This document shows, piece by piece, positions 28,395-44,025 of a stretch of DNA of 64,000 bases. The notes under the pieces were generated by a model that was not told the origin of the DNA, ran no database searches, and worked only from the letters and a program-made list of their open reading frames with translations. The position numbers were made by a program, and so were the translations under genes. Positions within the stretch are counted from its first letter, which is position 1. Every line of letters starts with the position of its first letter. The DNA is taken from contig OZ037765.1 of NCBI GenBank assembly GCA_964035545.1, positions 21,637,504 through 21,701,503 of the forward strand, given 5' to 3'. Source of the stretch: Bugula neritina. Lineage: Eukaryota; Animalia; Bryozoa.

Positions 28395-30227
28395 CAGGGA
28401 TGTAGTGGCAAAAATATTCTAGGCCATACTCTCAGGCCGGGGGTCCAGGGGGCCGCCCAGGCCCCCGGCGGGGTCTGGGGCAGCGCCTCGGCCGCCGAAG
28501 CCCTCAGAGCGCTTCTGATGCAAATTTATGCAATTTAAAGCCATTGTGAATTCTAATTCTTCTGAAAAAAATCTGTGTTGAAATGTGCACCTCACTATTA
28601 TTTTCATACCATACCAGCTACATGACCACTGGGCATTGCTGCAAACTATATAAATATTCAGTATTGTCCCATACCTGTTGACTGTAATTTTAAATGTAGT
28701 CTTACTCAACTGACACTAAGTCCAACCTGTACAGAAAAATTGCTGAAGATCTCAAAAAGATGGAAGGATAGAGACAGGTAACAAGTGCTCTCCAAATGTA
28801 ACCTGGTTACTTCAAATATCTAATACACTGACGTGCACAGAAAAAGAATTATAGAACAGAACAGAGGAAGATTGCAAATCAGAAAATGTGTGTTGGTTAT
28901 TTATAAAGAGCAATTTGAATTGATAACTCATTGGCAAGCAGAAATTGGTTGAAAACCTAGTTGGAGTTTATTAGAGTATACTAGTCTAATCCATAAGGAG
29001 ATACCACCGCACCTCCTTGCACACAATAAAGCACACCAAAGAAGAGTATGTTAACTTGGTTTTAAAGTAAAACCCCTGAGCTTCCACTAGACACATCAAG
29101 GAAATATACCCAAAAGAACAAATTTGACAGGTTCAATATGTGTTAACCTAGAAGATGATTAAATGTAAAGCCAGACGTTAGTACAATCAAACATAAAAGA
29201 TTACTTATGGTGGTGTACAGTTTGCAAAACCTCATTGCATTGATAATTAACATGGAATAACGCAACCAAAATGTGGATATAGTACCTGTAGACCTCAGTG
29301 ATAAATTTTCATTAACCTCTCCTACACACCTGGTACTGTTTCCTGAAGACATTTTGATTTTATTTCTGGATTTCATGTTGGTTTTTTTCCAAATTTCATT
29401 GCTTATTGACAAAATGCAAGTCCACACAAGATAAATAATGGCAACTTTCTATATATAGCTGACACCATTGAACTATAATTATAGTTTCAGTTCAGTGGCT
29501 GACACTGCCTTGCTGAAGCCACATTATTGGTATATTATAAGAATTCAGTCCCGCCAAATAAAACCATACTTAATTGTGCTAGAATTAAAATTTAAAAACT
29601 ATGTTTTAGATCTTCCTGTTCCTCAGAGCACCTGATTTTTCGAATTTTCAATATTTTTTTTGCAAGGTTATAGACAAAAATCTACTATTTTGGCCAATTT
29701 TACCTGAAAAGTTTATTTTTCAATCCCTGCCAAATATCTCAGCAGGAAAGCATAGTATTCGAATAAAACAAACACTGTCGAAAACCTGAGAAATTTATGC
29801 ATAGCAAACTTTTTTTATCTTTTCAATAGCCTTCATAGATTTTCTACAAATTAGTGATTTATACACTGAAAATGAAATATTTTTTCCCTAGTAATCACCA
29901 ATGCGCAGCACCTCGCGCTTCAGTGAATACGTAGAGATGAGAAGATGGAATGTTGATAGCTGCTTATTATTCATAGTGTAATCTCAGGCTAAACAATCAC
30001 AAGTAGGCAACACGCATGCCACCCACATAGCATTAACATAACAAGAACTTAAACTAGATTGTGAGCGAAATTTATGATGTTCTCAGTGAGGATGCCCTAA
30101 CTATCCTGTGCACTAATCAGTAACACTTTCAAAAAATATATGCCCATACGGGCGTATGGCCAAGAACAGCCTATTTTCTTCTAGGCCATACGGCGTATGG
30201 GACCGTATGGGTACCACTACATCCCTG
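28395..30227. mobile_element. Non-autonomous hAT-like element nested in the right arm of the foldback
   Basis: Perfect 14-bp TIRs CAGGGATGTAGTGG / CCACTACATCCCTG. 8-bp TSD ACTGTAAC at 28387-28394 and 30228-30235. Subterminal CCATACG/CGTATGG repeats. No recognisable transposase ORF. Confidence 0.93.
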
Positions 30228-31028
30228 ACTGTAACGTATTTTGTGTAAAATGGTTATTGCAAGCATTATTCAATTCATATTCACATTGTAATCACAGCGA
30301 AGCTTAAACTTTATAGCTTTGTATTTACGTGCATGATTGAGTTTTAATTTTTTTTAAAATTTTATATGTATTGAAAATATGTTTAAAAACTTTACCAATA
30401 AACAAAACTAAAAAAAATGGACACATAATATAAAAAAAAAAACAAAACACAAAAGTGGCAAAATTTTTCCTTTATAACTTATATAAACTTGCGGTACCAT
30501 TAGCGACATAATGATTTTTCATGGTTTAAAGTCAACACTCTTAATATACCACACTGGACTAGGGGAGTACTTACATTTATTGGGCGAAATATGACGAGTA
30601 GGCTTTTTTGTGGTGAGATAACTCCAAGTCAAGCGAGTACTACAGTAGTTGGTGTATTAATAGAACCAATTCGGAGTGATATAATATATGTGCCTTTAAC
30701 TGGCTTGGATCAACTGAAGTCACTATAATTTTAATACCCCTGGCATTCATGATCATAATTGATTGAGTTACTCATGGATACAAGTTATTTTAAGTAAATA
30801 AATCCATGCTAGTTTCTAAGATGTGAACAGAGACATTCATCGTTCACATGATCATCAAAACAGCAGACAGCAGTTTTTGATGCGTCATGTGCCCAAACAA
30901 AACCAAAACATAACCTTTCAAGTGTCAAGACAAATATTAAATTATAGCATTTATATATTATTATATAATATCCATTACTTGTCACTGTATACAGTTTATT
31001 AGTAAATGTTTTGTAAAAATACAAATAA

Positions 31029-31781
31029 CTACAATAGAGAATATTTTTCCGATATGCAAGCCCGAAAACACTCAAACAATTCTTGACATTTATTTGTAAG
31101 CAATGCTATACATTCTGCTAACTGATCTGAATTCAATGTGCCACTAGAATCTATCAATAAAACGTGGGACGTTTCACTTTCAACAGCAATGGTTACATAG
31201 CTAACAGAGTTTTTTATTGTCTCTTTACTAGGGTTGATATAGATTGCACCCTCATCGCTAATGCAACAAGAGGCTGCGGAAACAATGTAGCGTAATGGTA
31301 TTCCGGCATCCAAAAGAGCTAAAGTTGTAGCATTAACTGCGCATGCTGATAAACAGCCATCATTGTGCAGCTCAGTAATGTTAATGAGAATGCTAGTACG
31401 AGGATGCATCGAAGTTACAATTGACTGTTGACATAACTGAGCAACAAAATATTCCATTGTTCTACTTGAACACGCTGACTGTCCACTCTTGCTTTCATAA
31501 TGAACTTCGACGAATGCCCTATCAATAATTTCTTTCTGCAGCCCAACCTACAATAAACTTATATGTAGCAAAGAGAAAAAATGATAAAAAATTTTACAAA
31601 ACAACTTGCAGAAGAAAAAAATTAGGTATTTTAGACGCTTGAAACAATATATGCTAAAATTTACCTGTGCAGGACCATCTACAGAGGCTAAAACAGAAGT
31701 GAGTCCTAAAGTAAATTTCCCTGAACCATCAGCTTGTTTTAATATAGATGTTTCTAAACCAATATTATCCATGGATAGCAT
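31029..31781 (-). CDS. EXOSC5: Exosome component Rrp46 (RNase PH fold), 2 coding exons (31781 or 31772 to 31665; 31547-31029)
   Basis: LKQADGS..F..G.TSVLASVDGP; HPRTSI.I...ELHNDG..SACAVNATTLALLDAGIPL. A GT-AG intron at 31548-31664 keeps the frame. Confidence 0.92.
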
Positions 31782-32679
31782 ATGCTTTTCAACCAGTATA
31801 TCTGAAAAATTCCTCACATTAAAAACTCATTAAAAGAAATGATTTAGAGATGATTCAAATTGGGATAAACTTTTTTTCATTATTGCTTATAAAAATCCTG
31901 AAATCATTTTTTTAATAAACATGAATTGAAATATATAATATAGTAATAACTATTCAATTTTTGTAAATGAGAAAATTTAGATTTTATATTTGTTGTTAGA
32001 TTTTCCAGGGCTTCAATTTAAAACAAATGCAAAAACCACATTTTCTTACTGCACATACTTCTATCGTTCTAAATCTTTACAAAACATAATTGAAATTAAA
32101 ATACTTGGGATAAAAAATAGCAAATAAATTGACATTCAATTTGAAAGCATTGTAAAACATAAAAAATAGAGCTGTAAATAATTCTACTAGTATTAATGAT
32201 ATGTGTAGCTTATGTATGTAGTAAAACCAGATTGAAGATAAATTGAATAATAAATGGGCGAGCAAACAAGTAAGCTACTACATAACATACAGAATACAAT
32301 TAGAAAGTGCCTAGTAACTTACTAATTGTAATTATTAGCATAAACTTTATAATGAAAAATTGTTGACATAGTTTGGTATTGGGTTTATTTAGTTATAATG
32401 ACCCTTTGAACGGGTGTAATATCGAAATAGGTTCAACAGATTAAAAATGTCTTACTTTAACAAGCACCTACTATTACTATTAGTCTCGCACATTTGCAGA
32501 TTCACATGAATTTGAAATTGAATCTCAATAATATTAAAATTATTATTTCATATCAATATGATATTGATTATGAGTATCATTGAGACTGAGAGTTATAGAG
32601 CGATATGAATATCAAATAATTAATATGAATATCAATATTTAATTTAATTTTATATTATATCATATATGTCATTATATGG

Positions 32680-32845
32680 TACTACTACTAGTACTACTAC
32701 TACTGCTGCTGCTGCTATTACTACTACTGCTGCTGCTACTACTGCTACTACTACTACTGCTGCTGCCACTACTAGTACTACTACTACTGCTGCTACTACT
32801 ACTACTACTACTAGTGCTACCACCACTACTACTAATCATCATCAT
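32680..32845. repeat. (ACT/GCT)n trinucleotide run within a longer low-complexity tract
   Basis: Directly visible. It gives the spurious poly-Thr/Ala ORF at 32666. Confidence 0.9.
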
Positions 32846-33399
32846 GAAGTGACCATGATCTTTAGTTTTACTTTTACTCTTGAGCTTATACTTTTAGTCA
32901 ATGAACTCAATAATATTACCAGCTCTTTTCCAGCTCAGTGCTTATAGTAATAGTTATAGTTATGATATACTTCGTTGCAAACTGAAAGTGAAACACGAAC
33001 TTCCAATCATCAATGGCTAAATCTAATCCTTACACTTGAAGATTATTATCTATTAAGTTAATAACTATAAGTTGAGTATAAGTATAACTATATGTTCTAT
33101 CCATGATTATGATGATGACCATGATGATCAACTTCAAGTGATGGTGATCCATACCATTGGCATTACGGTTAGTGTTACCAGCCTACAGCTACTAGTACTA
33201 CCCAGCCCTAGGGCTAGTGGAACTACTACTAGGCTGATGGTAGAGGACTACACCAGCAAAAGGCTGTGGTACACCCAATAATAATAATCAATAAGCAAGG
33301 AAAAGCAATACTAGTAATAACTATAATAATAAACAATAAATATTATTATATTTATTAATGGTGCTGGTAGTTGAGTGTTGAAAATTAAATTACAGCATT

Positions 33400-33950
33400 G
33401 TTAACAGAAATCGCTTGAAGCAGCAATGTGTTGGTGGTCGCTGAGCGCACTGCTTCCGAGGGCTTCAAGTATAGAGTTCGGAAAACGATGTGAATAAAAT
33501 TTATACCGTTTCCAGTTATCTCGAATTGGTGCTGCTTCTACCGATATTTAAACTTGAGCGCACGATGCAATAGATATAATAATTATGATAGTTTTGCCGA
33601 AGACATGTGACGGTGAAGCAATGATTTATGTTCTCTCCGTAAAGAGTCATCTCCTTTTTTTTACAGAAATTGAAATAACAAAAAACTTTTTAGGAAGTTG
33701 CCTAACCTTGAAACTAGCCTTTTTGTGTTATTCTTACTCCGCAAAAAAACACACGCACATTTTGTTAACTTTTCAATAAAAAATCATTTCCATATTAAAA
33801 ATTTTATAATAAATAGTACATAATAAAAAATTGACACAAACCAATGCATCTCAATACTAGCTTCACTGACATGAATTTAAAATGCACTGCTTTTAGCGGG
33901 TAGGAAATAGCTCTTTCTTTCGTGTGTCCGCCATTTTAAACCTCAACACC
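33400..33950. promoter_or_regulatory. Probable divergent promoter region for EXOSC5 (-) and DDX5 (+)
   Basis: Head-to-head gene arrangement and local CpG enrichment. YY1-like CCGCCATTTT at about 33928, after a pyrimidine tract. Transcription starts are inferred only. Confidence 0.5.
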
Positions 33951-34076
33951 TCACTGCCAGAAAAAAAGCGAGATTTGATGTATCGTGCCTTACTAGCAAA
34001 GTTTACAGGACTCACTCTTATCACAGCAACACAATCTTCACTTTCTGCCAGGGCATTAGTTGTCAGTTTAAATAAA

Positions 34077-37954
<3,878 letters not shown>

Positions 37955-39860
37955 TTATCAGTAGGGAGTATTTCTATGAACTAACTTAATACTGCTCTGT
38001 TGCTTTATGGCTTCATACTCCTTGTTTATCATTGGCGTCTAAAAATATGTTGTATCTGTGATAGCGCCATCAATAGTACATTTGTATTCATATTTCTATT
38101 TACTGGATATTTTTATCTCCGTCAGTAATGGTTATAGTTGTAAGTTCAGAAATTTGTGCAATTGCTAAACCATCCTTCATTACTTCAGTTAGAGGTTTTT
38201 GTAGGTTGGGGTAGTGTAATAGTTGTAATTCATGTGTAATTTCTCAATACAATAAAATATACTTTCAGCAACAATTCCACCGTGTTCTTTTTTCTTTGTG
38301 GCAATCATTAATGTGCATATTGGTGTCCAATATATCATTCATGACAATATTACTTGTTTCATGGCAGTAAAATTGTATATATAGCTCAACTTAAAAAGCA
38401 GTTGCCTTAGTTGAAAAACCTATCGAGTCTTAGAAGAATTTCCTGATCTACATGTCTTTCAGTTTGCACTGCTTATGTGCATGGTGCAATTTGAGACTTG
38501 GATATATTTTCCAGTGAGCTTGGGTTACCTTGCTCTTGTCATTTGGTGAAAGTAGAGTTGCTTGGCTGGGTAGATAATTGCATCGATTCTCATTAGCGTT
38601 CGGTGCAAGTTTTCATGGGAAGCTTGTTTAATGTGCCACTGGAGAAGTTTCATAAGGGAAGGCAGACGTTGCCATTCGGTTGATGGGCAGATTGCACTAC
38701 AATTATGGTACATACATCACTTCGTTAGTATTAGTGCAAGTAAAACGTTAAAATTTGCATTGTTTCAATGATGGCCAGCATTGAAATGAAACTGTAGTTC
38801 AACGAAAATTTAATGCCCAAGCTCTATAATTGTCAAAGAATTTTGGTTAGGGTTACGGAACAATGAATTGAAACTAAGTTATAATTATTATTGCATTGAA
38901 ATGGAATAAGGTTTTTGTCGCTGAACTGGAAAAGATATTTTGAGTTCAGTGGTTTTTGTGCCAGTTCATTGTAGTCCGGTGGCAAGTGCCTCAAAAGGTG
39001 CTTAGTTTTTAAGTTTCGTAAAAAAAATGATGTAGATACCTGGAAACACACTTATCTGGGGTAAAATTTTATGCTGAAAAGCATGGCGGGGTCTACCTTA
39101 ACGTACCAGTGGCTTTCGGGGGTTAAAAAGCAATTTGAGCTCAGGCTATAACTTCCATCTAACTTTCCCCATTTCGTAAGCTCTATTATACTGTTCATAC
39201 AACCAGTACAAAGACCACTAAAAGGTATCTATATTATGTGAGACGAAGCTCAATTTAGTCACCGATTTATCCTAAAGATGGGTATTCATCCTTTTACCCC
39301 AACTACTTTCCAAGTATAGAGAACTTAGGCTTAATATGCTAGTATAATGCAATATGTTCGACTATCCAGTAAGAAGTGATATAGAGCTGGTAACAATATT
39401 AGACATAATATGTATTTATTGTAATAAGCTATGTATTTAAAAAGATTAAACTATATAAATAAAGGCAACAGGAAGTAATTTGGTAAATGAGCTAAGGCTA
39501 CAAAATGTGCCTCCTGAGTAGTTAGCGGATTAGATGCATGAAATACAAGAAATATAATAGTGACTAAATTACTCAAATTTAAAACAGATTGACAGCTAAC
39601 TTGCAGCCATGCACTAGTTTCCAATAAGTTAGGAACTTAGTCTATCAATATGACTTCATGCTAGGTGTAGCATTCTGCAAAGATGAGGTTAATGACACTT
39701 AAAACTACTGAAATATTCATGAACAAAATTGTAACCTTAAAAGTCAAATGCTTTATAAATTCCATGGAATACAATCATGCTGAAAAACACTCATCTGGAT
39801 TGTCATCATCATCCAAATCTTCATCAGAAGAAAGATTTTCAACCATTTTGTTCTCACAAT

Positions 39861-42800
39861 AGACCATGTAAAACTCAGCCAATCAGCGAAGTGTACCAGG
39901 TCAATGTCTTACCATTGTAACTGATATAAAATTCTGCAAGTTCAATTGCAAAATGCATGCTTCTAAAAGCTAGTTGTGCAACTTTTTTTTCATGCATTAT
40001 TTAATTTCATATCTTAAATTGATGACTCTTGAAATGATTTTTTAAAATGTCTAAATTAAGTGTTTATAAAACGCAATTAAAAATTGCATGTCTAGAAAAA
40101 TGACCTGGTACACTTTTGCAACTTAAGGCCAATTATTACATAACTGCCAGCTTAGTAGTTATTTGTTGTTGCAGCTTGAATGGGTTATTGTTTAGCATTG
40201 GAAGCTTGCAGTAAACATCTGTGAATTTAGTACATGACTTTGATTGGCTGGTTTTTGAATGGCCCTTTAGTATATGCATCTGGATGGCTGGGTAGTGTAG
40301 ACTCCGCCTACATCTAGCTAATGTACAGTAGCCAATCCACAATAGTATTACAAAATTTCTGTTCAACAAATGAAATATTCTGGTCATTTGTTTTGTACTC
40401 TACAATAGTAAATATTCTATTCAACTAGAATTTTATTGTATGTAAGCCATGGGAACTACTAAGAGGTTAAATCAACCACCCATGCTGGTAATATTGTTGC
40501 TCGCAGTAATAGCAAGTCCACACCATATAAATATACACATAAGCTATTATGTGCAGCTTATGAATGCTGAAATGACCCCATTTCTTACTTTCAATTTGAA
40601 AAAATTGTATTACATATTCTGCCACTTCTGCACCAGGAACTTGTTTTCCTTTTAAATTTTGAAAATAGTAGTCAGTTTCTGCAGCAGTCAACATCCACAA
40701 TAAACAACGTAAGCTTTCAAATAAACTATAAATATATGAAATATTAGTGTGGAAACAATGTAATTTAGTTCTTGCTATGATGAAAAATTACAAGAATATT
40801 ATATAAAAGCTAGATATAGATTTCTAGTAAAATGGCACAGGTAAAAATAACACATTTTTACTTCAAATTCTAAATTTCACCAGTCACCAATGGTGGCTGT
40901 AGATCACAGAGAGCATAGCAGACTATCATAATCATAATCATAAGGATAGTCAGCCCACTAAGCAAAATCCAACTCCAACCCTTCATTTGGGTTACCAACG
41001 CACTAAAGCATATAATGTAAGACGCACAAAAAAACAGTGGTTTTAATGAAACATGTGAAGGAAGCGAACAGAAAACGTTTTCAACAGAGTCAGCTGATAT
41101 AGAGCAACAGAACTCATTTGACAGCCATCCTCATAGTCAGACTTCATCAGAAGTAACTGAGTTACCAGAAACATCAACTACTCAGAAAAAAGATTTGCAC
41201 ATTCTATTGATAGACGAAAATCAAAATTTGGAAGAAAAGGCTCAAAAAGTTCCACGTTTAAACAAAAAGCAACTATTGAAAAAGTAAAAGTTTTTAAAAC
41301 TTTCACCACTACAGATGAGCGAACTAAATTTTATACTGGAATACCTACACGTTCTCTATACTATTTTATAGCAAGGTAAAAATTATGATTTTCTTATTGC
41401 AAAGATATACTATGGTTTACTACAAATAAACAATGCAAGTCTCACTATGCTAAAATTTGTACATTGATTAAATTTGATGTGTAGTAAAACTGTCATTTTA
41501 ATCAAATTTGTTGCAGTGTGAGTGCATCATTCATACATTTTTTATTAAAGATGTTGTTTTATGTAAGGTATTCATAAATACCACAGAGGTAAACTGCATG
41601 CTTTGACTTATTTAGTTTAGGGTTTTATTTAAACAAGCAGCAGTCTTTTATTTGTGGACAAATTGACTCACTTTCTCCAGGAAAAGTAAATTGTTTTGAC
41701 TTAAATTTTCCTTGGTTATTTTAAAGCTTATTAAAAATGGCCTCCTAATCTAATTTTTAGCTGAAACTAACTCCGTGTTTAAAACTAAAATGGTTTACAC
41801 TTGTTATTAGTTTCACTTATTCACAAACATTATTAAATGCTATTCTAGAAATAATATGGGTTTGAATTAGTTATAGTATAATTATAAAAGGAAGTAATAA
41901 TTGTTTGTCAACAGTATTTGTTTAAACTCATGATTCCATTCAAAGCATGTACTCAGACAGCTAGCTTATTATGTACTGTTACAGTATTACGTAACACATG
42001 TTGACACACATTACCTTCTGTTTGGATGGTGATATATTGGGTCAAGCCTACAGCTACCAGTTCTTGAACTTCATAATTGTTGCAAAATATAACTGAAGCT
42101 ATTTGCCAGAGGGTAAAAACTGCTGAATGAATACAAACCAAACACAAAATTTATTTAGCATGTATACAATATAATTTGAATCATAATTTAATTTTTATTC
42201 TTTATTTACTATATTTAGATTTATATGTCCGAAGATGAAAGTTCTCACTCTCAGAGAAAAAAATTAACAAGACAAGATGAACTTTTATTGGCTTTGATGA
42301 AGCTGCGTCAAGGTTTACAGTTTCAAATGCTTGCTGGCCTTTTTTATATCTCTAGATTGCTAGCAAGCAAAACCTTCAAAGACACATTAGATATTTTAGC
42401 AAGAGAACTAAACAATCTAATAGCTTTTCCAACAAGAGAAAAGCTGAACATCCCTCTGAGCTTTCAAAGCCAATATGCTAACATTAGGTGCATTATAGAC
42501 TGCACAGAAATATTCATTTGAAAGCCTCAATCAAAGCTGGCTCAATCTTTAACATGGAGTGACTATAAAAAGACCAACACCATCAACTATTTGGTTGCAA
42601 TTACACCCAGGGGCACTATCTGCTTTATTTCGCATGGAATGGGAGGTAGAGCCTAAGACAAGTGTGTAGTGAATGACCCTGGGTTCTTAGACTTCATAAA
42701 CCCAGGTGATGTGGTTATGGCAGATAGAGGCTTTCTTATTGAAAAAGAACTTATAGGCGCTGGAGCCAAGTTGGCCATACCACCTGGGAAAAGAGGCCAT

Positions 42801-44025
42801 TTGCAAATGACTAAAATGCAGTTACTGCAAACAAAGTTGATTGCTAACCTTCGAATCCATGTCGAAAGAGCAATCAAAAGGATAAAGGAGTTCAATATTT
42901 TAAATGGTCCTGGAGGTGTGAACTTGGTGTTGGCACCTCTGTTAGACAAGATTATGATAGTTTGCTGTGCTCTCTGTAATCTACAGCCACCATTGGTGAC
43001 TGATGAAATTTAGAATTTGAAGTAAAAATGTGTTATTTTTACCTGTGCCATTTTACTAGAAATCTATATCTAGCTTTAATTATATAATATTCTTGTAATT
43101 TTTCATCATAGCAATGAATAAATTACATTGTTTCCACACTAATATTTCATATATTTATAGTTTATTTGAAAGCTTACGTTGTTTATTGTGGATGTTGACT
43201 GCTGCAGAAACTGACTACTATTTTCAAAATTTAAAAGGAAAACAAGTTCCTGGTGCAGAAGTGGCAGAATATGTAATACAATTTTTTCAAATTGAAAGTA
43301 AGAAATGGGGTCATTTCAGCATTCATAAGCTGCACATAATAGCTTATGTGTATATTTATATGGTGTGGACTTGCTATTACTGCTAGCTACAATATTACTA
43401 GCATGGGTGGTTGATTTAACCTCTTAGTAGTTCCCATGGCTTACATAAAATAAAATTCTAGTTGAATAGAATATTTACTATTGTAAAGTACAAAACAAAT
43501 GACCAGAATATTTCATTTGTTAAACAGAAATTTTGTAATACTATTGTGGATTGGCTACTGTACATTAGCTAGATGTAGGCGGAGTCTACACTACCCAGCC
43601 ATCCAGATGCATATACTAAAGGGCCATTCAAAAACCAGCCAATCAAAGTCATGTACTAAATTCACAGATGTTTACTGCAAGCTTCCAATGCTAAACAATA
43701 ACCCATTCAAGCTGCAACAACAAATAACTACTAAGCTGGCAGTTATGTAATAATTGGCCTTAAGTTGCAAAAGTGTACCAGGTCATTTTTCTAGACATGC
43801 AATTTTTAATTGCGTTTTATAAACACTTAATTTAGACATTTTTAAAAATCATTTCAAGAGTCATCAATTTAAGATATGAAATTAAATAATGCATGAAAAA
43901 AAAGTTGCACAACTAGCTTTTAGAAGCATGCATTTTGCAATTGAACTTGCAGAATTTTATATCAGTTACAATAGTAAGACATTGACCTGGTACACTTCGC
44001 TGATTGGCTGAGTTTTACATGGTCT
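39861..44025 (+). mobile_element. ISL2EU/Harbinger (PHIS group) transposon derivative with ~1.07-kb terminal inverted arms
   Basis: Termini AGACC...GGTCT. 2-bp AT TSD at 39859-39860 and 44026-44027. Arms 39861-40933 and 42950-44025 are near-identical (identical 83-aa ORFs at 40136- and 43499+). Confidence 0.88.
40941..43013 (+). pseudogene. THAP-remnant + HTH + DDE_Tnp_4 (HARBI1-like) transposase pseudogene
   Basis: PTKQNPTPTLHLGY (THAP C-terminal part), TKFYTGIP, intron ~41376-42218, ELLLALMKLRQGL, IIDCTE, VMADRGF, IANLRIHVERAIKRIKEF. In-frame stops at 42519 and 42654, and a frameshift near 41260-41290. Confidence 0.88.

Larger units (their letters stand above)
26457..30556. mobile_element. 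Non-autonomous hAT-like foldback element with ~430-bp inverted arms
   Basis: Termini CAGTGTGGTATAT(T)TAAGAGTGTTG / CAACACTCTTAATATACCACACTG. 8-bp TSD GACTAGGG at 26449-26456 and 30557-30564. Left arm 26457-26888 mirrors 28288-28394 plus 30228-30556. Confidence 0.92.

Noticed and set aside
40136-40700. Short ORFs duplicated at 43114-43750 as real genes or an intact YqaJ exonuclease
   Set aside because: The duplication is explained by the inverted arms. Only faint fragments (YASGWLGSV) hint at a decayed second gene; not supportable.
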